In this document: piece after piece, positions 18,416 to 28,011 of the stretch | Layout: each line of letters begins with the position of its first letter | How positions within the stretch are numbered: position 1 is the first letter of the stretch | Assembly (NCBI GenBank): GCA_023145435.1 | Contig: JAGLDS010000001.1 | Span: 51,140-115,139, forward strand | DNA from: Clostridiales bacterium | GTDB taxonomy: Bacteria > Bacillota > Clostridia > DUPQ01 | Length of the DNA: 64,000 nucleotides | Direction of reading: 5' to 3' | Notes under the pieces: model-generated | The model's input: the letters and a program-made list of their open reading frames with translations, nothing else | What the model was told of the DNA's origin: nothing | Database searches by the model: none | Made by a program: the position numbers and the translations under genes

Positions 18416-19819
18416 ATGAAAATGAAAAATATAAAAACACAAAAATTTATGTTCTTTGATGATTGGCCATATGAATATATAAGAGGATTTGAAAGAAAAC
18501 AGGGTAAACCCTCTAAGAATAAGAACAATCCTGTGCTTAAGCCAGAATTACCCCATGAGTTTGGGCGAACTTCTTTGTATGGAACAATTCTTTATGATAG
18601 AGATTTAGATTTATATAAAATGTGGTACCCTACATTTTCAGGGGGAGAGAAAGCAATAGCATATCTATGTTATGCACAGTCACATGATGGATACACATGG
18701 GAAAAACCAGAACTTGATGTAGTAAAAGGAACAAATATTGTACTAGATAGTGATCATGATGTTAGAGGACAGACAATCATATATGACAAATTAGAAAAAA
18801 ACCCATCAAGAAGGTATAAGCTATTGGTTAGACCAGGACATACACCAAAAGTATGCTCTTATGTTTCTAAAGATGGAATACATTGGGAAATACTGAGTAA
18901 AAATGCTATTAATGCTAATAGTGATAGTCATATAGGATTAATAAGACATCCACAAACAGGGTTATATATGGCTACGATGAGGAAAATTAAAGGTGACAGG
19001 AGAGTATGGTTAAGTACAAGTTATGATTTTTTAAAGTGGTCAGATCCTGTACTTGTTAAAGAATTAGACGTAACACAAAGCATGCAAACTCAAATTTATG
19101 GTATGCAAATTTCATATTATGGAGCATATCTAATTGGAGCGGTTTCTTACTATAATACATTCGAAGATGACTTTGTCGGATGGGGTAAGATGGATGGAAC
19201 CATGGATATAGGACTTGCATATAGCAGAGGTGGTTATTGTTGGCATGAAAATTTTGTACATGAAAGATTCATACCGCTAGGGAATAAAAATGAATGGGAT
19301 TGTGGAATGATTTCACCATCCTCTCATCCTATTCTACTTGATGATAAAATTGTATTTTATTATTCAGGAATGCCTTATTTACATAAACCACCATATAAAG
19401 AAAATGATTTACAATGTATTGGCTTAGCGACTTTGAGAGTAGATGGATTTGTATATTTAGAAACCAATGATTATGGTGGAGAGATATGTACACGTAATTT
19501 TAATATTGATGAAAGTGGATTTTTTATAAATGTAGATGCATCAGCAGGTGAGATATTAGTTGAAATATGTGATGGTGATGGTAATGCTATAAAAGGATTT
19601 GAAATGGATCAATTTATACCAATTAAAAAAGATGGATTATCTATACCACTTAAATGGAAAAATAATCCAGATGATAAAATTCTATTAAAAAGAGCGTTGC
19701 GATTTAGAATTAAAGCAAAAAATACGAAATTGTATTCAATTACTATGATTAATGGTGAAAAAAACCCTATATATTGGAACTTTAGAGAAATAAATTATGC
19801 GGATCCATTTTATAAATAA
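18416..19819 (+). CDS. beta-propeller glycoside-hydrolase-like protein with a C-terminal beta-sandwich (uncharacterised family), paralog of 35344..36882
   Basis: Repeated blade motifs S-x-D-G-x-x-W (SHDGYTWEKP, SKDGIHWE, SRGGYCWH) and C-terminal LRVDGFVYLE ... FINVDASAGEILVEICD. GAGGTG RBS before the ATG at 18416. No signal peptide. Confidence 0.5.
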   Translation: MKMKNIKTQKFMFFDDWPYEYIRGFERKQGKPSKNKNNPVLKPELPHEFGRTSLYGTILYDRDLDLYKMWYPTFSGGEKAIAYLCYAQSHDGYTWEKPELDVVKGTNIVLDSDHDVRGQTIIYDKLEKNPSRRYKLLVRPGHTPKVCSYVSKDGIHWEILSKNAINANSDSHIGLIRHPQTGLYMATMRKIKGDRRVWLSTSYDFLKWSDPVLVKELDVTQSMQTQIYGMQISYYGAYLIGAVSYYNTFEDDFVGWGKMDGTMDIGLAYSRGGYCWHENFVHERFIPLGNKNEWDCGMISPSSHPILLDDKIVFYYSGMPYLHKPPYKENDLQCIGLATLRVDGFVYLETNDYGGEICTRNFNIDESGFFINVDASAGEILVEICDGDGNAIKGFEMDQFIPIKKDGLSIPLKWKNNPDDKILLKRALRFRIKAKNTKLYSITMINGEKNPIYWNFREINYADPFYK

Positions 19820-19846
19820 AATACTTTCTTAAGGAGAAAATAAATA

Positions 19847-20545
19847 ATGAAATTATATGGAGCAGGAAGCCTAGAAGAAATTAAAAAATGTGATGAACTC
19901 GGAGTAGTTGGAATTTTAACTAACCCACAGGGGTTTGAGCAATATTTTGAGGGCAAAAAAACCCTTGAAGAAATAACAAAAGCAATATGTGAAATAACTA
20001 CTTTACCAGTATTTATTCAAATACATGGTGAAACAACAGAAGATATTGTAAAAAAAGCGGTTTCACTGCACAAAATCTCAAAGCAAGTTGGATTTAAAAT
20101 AATTGCAGATGAAAAAGGGTTTTTTGCCATAAGTATATTGCAGAAAATGGGAATTAACTGTATTGCGACAACATTGTTTACAATTTCTCAAGCAGCTATT
20201 GCAGCGAATGTAGGAGCATTTGGTATTTGTCCTTTTGTTTCACGAGCTAGAGCAATTGGTATGGATCCTTATGACATTCTATCCACCATTAAAAAACAAT
20301 ATATGAATATGGAAAATCCGCCACAAATAATTGCAGTTAGTATGAAAGGTATAGGAGATGTTGAGTTGGCAATTAGAGCTGGTGTTGATGCAGTTGGTAT
20401 GAGGTATCCTTTGATAAGTGATATGATGCATCATCCATTAAGCCAAAAAGCTGAGCAACTTTTTGCAAAGAATTGGGCGAATGTTAAAGGAGAGGATATT
20501 AGCTACTTAGATCATATGCTTAACCTTGAAGGAATTGCTGAATAA
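19847..20545 (+). CDS. transaldolase-family protein, TalC/fructose-6-phosphate-aldolase-like
   Basis: Aligns by eye to E. coli FSA: GILTNPQ (GVTTNPS), FIQI (FAQV), Schiff-base Lys in GFKIIAD (VVKVPVT), TTLFTISQAAIAANVGAFGICPFVSR. Confidence 0.75.
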   Translation: MKLYGAGSLEEIKKCDELGVVGILTNPQGFEQYFEGKKTLEEITKAICEITTLPVFIQIHGETTEDIVKKAVSLHKISKQVGFKIIADEKGFFAISILQKMGINCIATTLFTISQAAIAANVGAFGICPFVSRARAIGMDPYDILSTIKKQYMNMENPPQIIAVSMKGIGDVELAIRAGVDAVGMRYPLISDMMHHPLSQKAEQLFAKNWANVKGEDISYLDHMLNLEGIAE

Positions 20546-20546
20546 T

Positions 20547-21533
20547 ATGAAAAAAATATATGGGTTTGGTTCTGCAACTATGGATTTTAGAATAACAACA
20601 GCCGATTACCCTGATACCTACAAGTCGAAATTACTAGCACAAAAAACTAGCAAACTAGGCGGAGGTGCCATTGCTAATTGTTTAGTTCAAGTAGCAAGAT
20701 TAGGGGGAAAAACTTGTTATCTTGGTAAATTAGGAAACGATTCAATTGGTAAAGATATAATTTCTTCATTAAAGAGTGAAGGGATTTCATGTAAACATAT
20801 AGTTGTTGATAAATCAGTATGTTCTCCATTTAATGTGGCTGTGTATCAAGGAGAAAAAATGAGGAGAAAAGGTGGTTATTTACTACCTAATAGTCTGTTA
20901 TCAATAACAAAAAAAGATATTATTAAAATAACTTCTATAATGAAAAAAAATGACTGGGTAATTGTTGAAATTGGTGAAATTCCTTTGGAAAAAGTATTAT
21001 TTTTCTGTCAGGAAGCAAAGAAAAAGCATGTTCATATTTTACTTGATGTTGATTTAGATCCAATTAAACAATGTATGGGAGATATCTCTTTGATTAACGA
21101 TATATTTATGATTGCTGATATATTGTTGCCAAATATAGAAGCGTTAAAAAGCATGTATAATATAGATGATAATAAAGTTCTTTTAGAAAGGTTGTTTGAA
21201 CAATTTAATAAACCGATTGTAATGACAGCTGGTAAAAAAGGAGCATATTATATATCAGAGTTTGAAAAATATACAAATGTTTTAGCAAGCAAAGTTGAAG
21301 TTATTGATACAGTAGGTGCTGGGGACGCTTTTCATGGAGGCTTATTATTTGGATTAGCAAATGAATGGCTTTTACATGAAGCAATTAAATTAGGTGTTTT
21401 ATGTGGTGGAAAAAATTGTACACAATTTGGTGCAAGAGAAGGTATGGTAGATTTTAAAGAATTATATAATAAGGTGGATAAAGATGAATTCAAACAAACG
21501 ATTTTACAAGACAATGTCTGGAAAATTAGTTGA
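20547..21533 (+). CDS. PfkB/ribokinase-family sugar kinase
   Basis: GGGAIANC N-terminal motif and DTVGAGDAFHGG anion-hole/catalytic motif. The ATG lies 1 nt after the upstream stop. Confidence 0.85.
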   Translation: MKKIYGFGSATMDFRITTADYPDTYKSKLLAQKTSKLGGGAIANCLVQVARLGGKTCYLGKLGNDSIGKDIISSLKSEGISCKHIVVDKSVCSPFNVAVYQGEKMRRKGGYLLPNSLLSITKKDIIKITSIMKKNDWVIVEIGEIPLEKVLFFCQEAKKKHVHILLDVDLDPIKQCMGDISLINDIFMIADILLPNIEALKSMYNIDDNKVLLERLFEQFNKPIVMTAGKKGAYYISEFEKYTNVLASKVEVIDTVGAGDAFHGGLLFGLANEWLLHEAIKLGVLCGGKNCTQFGAREGMVDFKELYNKVDKDEFKQTILQDNVWKIS

Positions 21534-22635
21534 TAGAACACCGGTTGTTCCAAAAATATGGGTAGATTTAGCAGCAAATTTAACAAGTACTCCAATTGTG
21601 AATGTAATAAGTGACCCTGCAACTGCATTAAAAGTAATAGTAGATGCAGGTCTTATTTGTAAAGTTGATGCAGTTAGACAATTTCATTTTCCAAATAGAG
21701 AGATAACCACAGAAGATGAAGAAGTTTATGAAGTTAATAAGGCTGGTAAAAAACTAGGTGTTATTGATATGAAAGGTGGATTAATAACTCATTTATATGA
21801 TGATAATGATTATAAACTTGATAATCCGTATATAATGGCACATCACCATTACTGGGTCACAAAAAAACCTGTAGTAAAATCAATAGAAGACGTAAAGAAA
21901 ATTGTTATTCCTAGTAAACAATATTTAAAAGATATTGGATTAGTTTCAAGACAACAAAAAATTATTGAATATACTAATAATAGATTAGAATTAATTGGAG
22001 ATTGTTCTTCAGCTACTTTAGCTTTTTATGTTTGTTTAAGAGGAATGGATCAAGCTATGTTTGATTTAATTGAAAATGAAAAGTTAGTACATGCTGTAAT
22101 GGAAAAAGGAACTGCTATAGCTATTGAAAAAGGAAAGATGAATATAGATATGGGTATAATGGTACTTAGATTAAATGATTCTATTGCTAATATGTCTGTT
22201 ATTTCACCAACGCATTTTAGAAAATTTATCAAACCTCATATAAAAACAGTTTGTGATGAATTACACCACTATAATAAAAATGTAAAAATATATTGCCATA
22301 TTTGTGGGAATGTTCTTCCAATTATGGAGGACTTAATTGATACGGGGTTAGATTGTATTGCACCATTAGATCCTCTTGGTGGTGGTGCGACTTGTAAACA
22401 ATATAGGAAAAGAGCTGGGGATGAAATAGTGTTAATGGGAGGAGTGAATACTATGTCATTTATTCAAAGAACACCAGATGAAATTGAAAAAGAAGCAACA
22501 GAGTGTATTGAAAGTGCAGGTTCAAACGGTAACTTTATTTTAGGCTCTGGTTGTGTTGTTCCAAGGATGGCAACTAAAGAAAGTTTGTTAGCTTTAGTCA
22601 AAGCATCAAAAACAAAGGGTTTATTAGAAAAATAA
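21484..22635 (+). CDS. URO-D superfamily protein, MtaA/CmuA-like (paralog 1)
   Basis: N-terminal GKLVDRTPVVPKIW, HICG motif and C-terminal FILGSGCVVP (both MtaA-type Zn-ligand positions retained). AAGGTGGA RBS. The start lies 50 nt inside the pfkB-family gene. Confidence 0.7.
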   Translation: MNSNKRFYKTMSGKLVDRTPVVPKIWVDLAANLTSTPIVNVISDPATALKVIVDAGLICKVDAVRQFHFPNREITTEDEEVYEVNKAGKKLGVIDMKGGLITHLYDDNDYKLDNPYIMAHHHYWVTKKPVVKSIEDVKKIVIPSKQYLKDIGLVSRQQKIIEYTNNRLELIGDCSSATLAFYVCLRGMDQAMFDLIENEKLVHAVMEKGTAIAIEKGKMNIDMGIMVLRLNDSIANMSVISPTHFRKFIKPHIKTVCDELHHYNKNVKIYCHICGNVLPIMEDLIDTGLDCIAPLDPLGGGATCKQYRKRAGDEIVLMGGVNTMSFIQRTPDEIEKEATECIESAGSNGNFILGSGCVVPRMATKESLLALVKASKTKGLLEK

Positions 22636-22647
22636 TCATATAAAAAA

Positions 22648-22673
22648 AACAGCTTCCTGATTGGGAAGCTGTT
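22648..22673. terminator. bidirectional intrinsic terminator
   Basis: Perfect 10-bp stem AACAGCTTCC / GGAAGCTGTT with a 6-nt loop, preceded by A8. It sits between convergent genes. Confidence 0.8.
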
Positions 22674-22679
22674 TAATGT

Positions 22680-24323
22680 TTATTTAGACATTTTGGCTTT
22701 TTCTACGGCAACTTTTCTGCCATTTATTTTTTGACCATTCATTTTCTTAACTACTTTATCTGCTACATCTTTATTTACATCAAAGAAAGTAAATTTATCT
22801 AAAATATCGATGGAGCCTATTTTATCTCCACTGATATCACATTCACCGGTAACGGCTCCTAAGATGTGACTTGGTTTAACTTTATCTTTTCTTCCTACAG
22901 TCATGAATATTCTGACCATATTTTTATCGCCTTTACTTTTACCACTTTTTTTAGATGATTTTCTAGAAGAATTATTATCACTTTGATAATTTTCTTTTAA
23001 CATAAGGTTAATATCATTCTCATGGGTAATTTCTTCTAATTCAATATTATGTTTAATCAATGATGCACAAATATCTTCAATGGTATACATGGTGTCAAAC
23101 TTATTTAAAATTTCAATATAATCATCTAGTTTTTCATTTTGAATAGTTTCAGAAATTTCTTGAATAAAACTTTGTACCTTTCCATCATTAACTTCCTTCA
23201 TTGTTGGAATCTTAATTTTTTCTATTTGTTTTTTTGTATAATGCATAATGCTGACAAACTGATTTTTATGACCTTTTGTAACCATGGTTATTGAGTGACC
23301 ATCTTTACCAGCACGACCACTTCTTCCAATTCTATGAACATAATATTCGGGTTTTTCTGGAACATCAAAATTAATTATTAAATCGACTTCTTTTATGTCT
23401 AATCCTCTTGCGGCTACATCGGTTGCTACAAGTACATTAATCATTGCATCGTTAAATCTTTTAAGTACTTGCATACGTTGAGTTTGTCTTAAATCACCAT
23501 GTATTTTTTCAGCATTAATTCCTTTAATAAACAATTTTTCGTTTACAAAATCTACACGACTTTTCATATTACAAAAAACAATACATCTGGTAGGTTTGTG
23601 TACAGCTAGTAATCTAAATAATGCATCAACTTTATCACTGGTTTTTATTTCACAATATTCTTGTTTAACAGTATCAGCTGTTAAATCTTTTGAAGCAACC
23701 TTGATAAGTTGTGGATCTATTTGATATCGGTTTGTAATATCTAGAATAGGTTTTGGCATAGTTGCTGAGAATAAAATTGTTTGCCTCTCATCTTTTATTG
23801 ATTGTAAAATTAATTCAATATCTTCTCTAAATCCCATTTTCAACATTTCGTCTGCTTCGTCTAAGACTAGAGTGCTGATATCAGCTGTTTTTAATGTGCG
23901 TCTTTTAGTAATATGATCAATAGTTCGTCCAGGTGTTCCAATAATAATCTGTGCACCATTTTTTATGGCCATTATTTGACGATTAATTGGTTCGCCACCA
24001 TATACAGCAACTGTTTTAATTCCATGTTTATATTTAGCGATTTTTTTAAATTCATTAGCTACTTGTACTGCTAGTTCTCTTGTTGGGCATAATACTAATG
24101 CCTGTGGGTTTCTATTGTTTTTATCGATTTTCTCTAAAATAGGAATCGCAAAGGCAGCTGTTTTACCAGTTCCTGTTTGTGATTGTCCAATTAGGTCTTT
24201 TCCTTCCATTAAAAGGGGTATAGCCTGTTCTTGTATAGGTGTTAAGTTTTCAAAACCCATATCAAATAAGGCTCGTTTGATTTCCTCTGAAACCATAATT
24301 TTGTTAATTTCCATTTGTTCCAA
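22680..24323 (-). CDS. DEAD-box ATP-dependent RNA helicase with a C-terminal DbpA-type RNA-binding domain
   Basis: Q-motif TPIQ, motif I SQTGTGKTAAF, PTRELA, DEAD, SAT, HRIGRSGRAG. A basic Ser/Lys linker is followed by the DbpA-like RBD (VRIFMTVGRKDKVKPSHILGAV). Confidence 0.9.
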   Translation of the reverse strand: MEQMEINKIMVSEEIKRALFDMGFENLTPIQEQAIPLLMEGKDLIGQSQTGTGKTAAFAIPILEKIDKNNRNPQALVLCPTRELAVQVANEFKKIAKYKHGIKTVAVYGGEPINRQIMAIKNGAQIIIGTPGRTIDHITKRRTLKTADISTLVLDEADEMLKMGFREDIELILQSIKDERQTILFSATMPKPILDITNRYQIDPQLIKVASKDLTADTVKQEYCEIKTSDKVDALFRLLAVHKPTRCIVFCNMKSRVDFVNEKLFIKGINAEKIHGDLRQTQRMQVLKRFNDAMINVLVATDVAARGLDIKEVDLIINFDVPEKPEYYVHRIGRSGRAGKDGHSITMVTKGHKNQFVSIMHYTKKQIEKIKIPTMKEVNDGKVQSFIQEISETIQNEKLDDYIEILNKFDTMYTIEDICASLIKHNIELEEITHENDINLMLKENYQSDNNSSRKSSKKSGKSKGDKNMVRIFMTVGRKDKVKPSHILGAVTGECDISGDKIGSIDILDKFTFFDVNKDVADKVVKKMNGQKINGRKVAVEKAKMSK

Positions 24324-24361
24324 CTTTCTTTAATATGCTACTTTGTTTTTAGCAGCGGTCA

Positions 24362-24390
24362 ATTATACAATGCTTTCATTGAAATAGCAA
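24362..24390 (-). promoter_or_regulatory. candidate sigma-A promoter for the helicase gene
   Basis: On the minus strand, TTGCTA (24390-24385), 17 nt spacer, TATAAT (24367-24362). Confidence 0.5.
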
Positions 24391-24442
24391 ACAAAAAAAA
24401 CTAAAAAAAGAGGGATTATCTCTAGTTATCGTTATTTAAACC

Positions 24443-25564
24443 TTATTTAATTGATTTTATATAGATGCGCCTTCTTCGATGAGTTTTTGTATCAAAGTAT
24501 TTCCACATAGTTCTTACCATATGATTATTTTCAAGCTCAGGACCAGTTTCGGCTAAAGTCATACCATATTTTATAGCAGTGTTCATTATGCTCTCTATTA
24601 ACAAAGATGCAGCACCGGTTCCTTGTACTTCGGGAAGGACAGCTACTAAGTATAAGTCAAGGATATCATTTTTCTTTATGGATTTAAGAAGGTGAAGGAA
24701 TCCAAAAGGGAATAACTTTCCTTTACCTTTTTGCATAGCTTTTGAAAGTGATGGCATAGTAATACAAAAACCAATTAATTTGTCATTTTTATCTAGTACA
24801 ATCTTAATAAAATCAGGATTAATAAAACCAAAGAAAGCATTAACATACATATCTATTTGCTTTTTAGATAGTTCAGTAGTTCCATATAGTGGAGCATATG
24901 CTTCATTATATAAATCAAATACTTTATGTGCCCACGGAAGAATATCTTTTTTTCTAGTAAAATCAATTAATTGATACCCATATTTCTTTTTAACAATTTT
25001 AGAAATACTATCATACTTTTTTACAGGTTCTTTTGGTATGGTGATTTGGTATTCAACCCAATCTATTTCTTTGGTAAATCCTAATTTTTCAAGATGAACT
25101 TTATAATATGGGTGATTATAGATTGTGATAAATAAATCTAATTCAGAAAATCCTTCAACTAACATACCTTGATGGTCCATATCTGTTAATCCAAGAGGAC
25201 CGTGAATAGTATCAAGACCTTTAGATTTTGCCCATTTAATAGCAGTATCCATTAAAGTTTTTGACACTTCATAATCATCAATAAAGTCAAAGTGAGAAAA
25301 CCTAGCATATTTTTGTTTCCATTTTTCATTACTTTTATTATTAACTAATATTCCAATTCTTCCAACAATTTTTTTATTACGATAAGCTAAATAAAAAACA
25401 CCATCAGAAAAATCATAAGCAGGATTTTTATCTTTTCTCAGTGTATTTACTTCATCTATCACTAAGTCGGGTACAAAATATTTGTTGTCTTTGTATAGCT
25501 TATTCACATAGCTTACAAATGTTTTTAATTGTTTGTTGTTAATAACTTGTTTAATTTCTAGCAT
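24443..25564 (-). CDS. GNAT-family N-acetyltransferase (long, about 370 aa form)
   Basis: Acetyl-CoA-binding-like segment VAVLPEVQGTGAASLL in the C-terminal half. The overall family resemblance is from memory only. Confidence 0.55.
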   Translation of the reverse strand: MLEIKQVINNKQLKTFVSYVNKLYKDNKYFVPDLVIDEVNTLRKDKNPAYDFSDGVFYLAYRNKKIVGRIGILVNNKSNEKWKQKYARFSHFDFIDDYEVSKTLMDTAIKWAKSKGLDTIHGPLGLTDMDHQGMLVEGFSELDLFITIYNHPYYKVHLEKLGFTKEIDWVEYQITIPKEPVKKYDSISKIVKKKYGYQLIDFTRKKDILPWAHKVFDLYNEAYAPLYGTTELSKKQIDMYVNAFFGFINPDFIKIVLDKNDKLIGFCITMPSLSKAMQKGKGKLFPFGFLHLLKSIKKNDILDLYLVAVLPEVQGTGAASLLIESIMNTAIKYGMTLAETGPELENNHMVRTMWKYFDTKTHRRRRIYIKSIK

Positions 25565-25741
25565 AATGCCACCATATCCCTTTCATCTGCTAACTCTTAT
25601 TATATATATGTTAGAAATAAAAAGTAGTTAATTTTTAATTTTTAATGAAATTTTAAGGATACAAAGGAATTGTTTTGTTTAGGAGCCTAAATTAGTTTAA
25701 AAGATTGATTGTGGAGAGTATGAAAGGTGTATAATTAATTT

Positions 25742-26881
25742 ATGAGTTATGAAGAACAAAACAAAATTATTAAACTTCAAGAATATGTTTCTGCATTGAT
25801 GAAAGGTGATGACAAAAAGTTACTATATTTAAAATATCAAGAATTTATTAATGAAGTGGTTCCTTTGGATGTTATTAAAATTGAATATAGTTTTTTGGAA
25901 AAGGGAGTCTTAGCAATAAAGCTGCTAGAAACAGTTGATATGTTGATGAATGTATTTCATAAGCGATTGTCTGAATATAAATGGGAAATGCCTAAAAAAA
26001 ATTCTTTTGTTTTTTACTTGATGAAAGAAAATATACAAGTAATTAATTCAATGAATAATTTAAAAAAATATATTAGCAATCAAACATTTGGAGTGGATAA
26101 ACATGCTATTTTATTAATACTTGATGATTTAAAATTATTTGATAGCCATTATCAAAAAATCGAAAATATTATTTTTCCTATGATGCAAAAAAAATTAGAA
26201 GAATTTGATGGATTAGCTATTATGTGGGAACTTCATGTCTTAGTTAGAAAAACTTTGAAAACTTTGCATGAACAATTTAATGGAAAAATTATTGAAAAGA
26301 AATTTGTTAATCAATTAATTGGTAAATTGTTTTTTCAGATACAAGGATTAATAAAAAAAGAAGAATTGATTTTATTTCCTCTTGTTTCAACTATATTAAA
26401 TGAAAATGAAAATCAACAAATGTTTGCCCATAGTAAAGAATATAATTATTACCACTTAGAAATTAATAATCATTCATTAGTTTTTGAGAGTACAGATGTA
26501 GCTTTAACAATATCAGAAGCGAAATTACTACTAAATCATTTACCATTTGATATTACATTTATTGATGAGTATGACAAAGTAACATATTTTAACAAGACAA
26601 ATAATCGTTTTTTCCCACGATCAGGGAGTAGTATTGGACTTGATGTTAGACAATGTCACCCTCCAAAAAGTGTACATATTGTTGAAAAAATATTAGATGC
26701 TTTCAAAGAGGGAAAAGAGAATGAAGCAGTTTTTTGGATTAATGTAAAAGAAAAGAAAGTGCTAATTTCTTACTATGCAATTAGAGATGATAAAAAGGGG
26801 TATAAAGGCACATTAGAAGTGGTTCAAGATATAACTAAAATACATGCTATTACGGGAGAAAAGAGGTTACTTGATTGGTAA
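25742..26881 (+). CDS. DUF438 / PAS-domain protein with a hemerythrin-like N-terminal region
   Basis: C-terminal ITFIDEYDKVTYFN...RQCHPPKSVHIVEKILDAFKEG...TLEVVQDIT matches the DUF438+PAS_10 pattern. Confidence 0.65.
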   Translation: MSYEEQNKIIKLQEYVSALMKGDDKKLLYLKYQEFINEVVPLDVIKIEYSFLEKGVLAIKLLETVDMLMNVFHKRLSEYKWEMPKKNSFVFYLMKENIQVINSMNNLKKYISNQTFGVDKHAILLILDDLKLFDSHYQKIENIIFPMMQKKLEEFDGLAIMWELHVLVRKTLKTLHEQFNGKIIEKKFVNQLIGKLFFQIQGLIKKEELILFPLVSTILNENENQQMFAHSKEYNYYHLEINNHSLVFESTDVALTISEAKLLLNHLPFDITFIDEYDKVTYFNKTNNRFFPRSGSSIGLDVRQCHPPKSVHIVEKILDAFKEGKENEAVFWINVKEKKVLISYYAIRDDKKGYKGTLEVVQDITKIHAITGEKRLLDW

Positions 26882-27789
26882 GTAAAAAAGAAACACAAAA
26901 AAACATTAAAATAGCATTTTTCTTAAATTTTATTTTCACAATTGTTGAAATCATTGGAGGGATTCTTACGAATAGTATTTCTATTATGTCAGATGCAATC
27001 CATGATTTAGGAGATTCTCTATCAATTGGACTGGCCTGGATACTTGAAAAGAAATCAGTTGAAAAACCTGATGAAAAATTTACATATGGATATGCTAGGT
27101 ATTCTCTTTTAGGTGCATTAATCAACTCGCTAGTTTTACTAACAGGTTCTGCAATAATTATATATAGAGCAATTCCAAGAATCATACATCCAGAAGAAAT
27201 TAATAAAGAGGGAATGATACTATTTGCAATAGTGGGGATAGTAGTAAATGGATTTGCAGCTTGGAAGACATCAAAAGGAGAAGCAATAAATGAGAAAACT
27301 GTTAGCCTTCATTTACTTGAAGATGTTTTAGGATGGGTAGCTGTTTTTGTCACTAGTATAATTGTATATTTCACTAATTGGTATATTCTAGATGGGCTAC
27401 TATCTATTTTGATTACCATATTTATTTTATTTAATGTAGGGAAAAATCTTAAAAAAATTATCAGTATATTTTTACAAAAAGCTCCTGATAATATTAATTT
27501 TAAAAAGATTGAAGAGGAAATAGTTTTAAAAAGTAATGCTATTGGAATACATCATATCCATATCTGGTCTTTAGAAGGAACAAACAATTATCTAACTATG
27601 CATGTTGTTGTAAATAATAATAGTACTAGTGATCAAATTAAAGTAATTAAGAGTGATGTTAAACATATATTATCACATCATAAGATTTCACACGTAACCA
27701 TGGAAATTGAGTTTGAGGATGAAAATTGTCAAACAATTGACTGTGAATTAGAACAAAATAGCAATCCTCATCAATATCATAATCACTAA
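26875..27789 (+). CDS. cation diffusion facilitator (CzcD/ZitB-type) metal exporter
   Basis: TM2/TM5 metal-site motifs SDAIHDLGD and HLLEDVLGW, and a His-rich C-terminus (NPHQYHNH). TTG start overlapping the upstream stop. Confidence 0.85.
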   Translation: MVSKKETQKNIKIAFFLNFIFTIVEIIGGILTNSISIMSDAIHDLGDSLSIGLAWILEKKSVEKPDEKFTYGYARYSLLGALINSLVLLTGSAIIIYRAIPRIIHPEEINKEGMILFAIVGIVVNGFAAWKTSKGEAINEKTVSLHLLEDVLGWVAVFVTSIIVYFTNWYILDGLLSILITIFILFNVGKNLKKIISIFLQKAPDNINFKKIEEEIVLKSNAIGIHHIHIWSLEGTNNYLTMHVVVNNNSTSDQIKVIKSDVKHILSHHKISHVTMEIEFEDENCQTIDCELEQNSNPHQYHNH

Positions 27790-27830
27790 AAAAATGATAT
27801 GATATAAGTGAATGATTAAGAAACATATAA

Positions 27831-28001
27831 AGAGGATATAATCATTTTATAGATAAATTAGTGTATAAGGATTCACTTATGCAAAGTGGTAATGGCGCAG
27901 AAAAATGTGTTGAGTGTGAGATTTGTAAAGTCCATTGTCCGCAGGCCATTGATATTCCTGTAGAATTTAAAAAAGCTCATACAATTTTGACCAATAGATA
28001 A
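27831..28001 (+). pseudogene. C-terminal remnant of a 4Fe-4S-domain protein (aldo/keto-reductase-associated ferredoxin tail type)
   Basis: The frame is open only from 27831: RGYNHFIDKLVYKDSLMQSGNGAEKCVECEICKVHCPQAIDIPVEFKKAHTILTNR*. It has the CxxCxxCxxxCP motif but no upstream domain and no RBS. Confidence 0.45.
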
Positions 28002-28011
28002 AGGAGACGAT

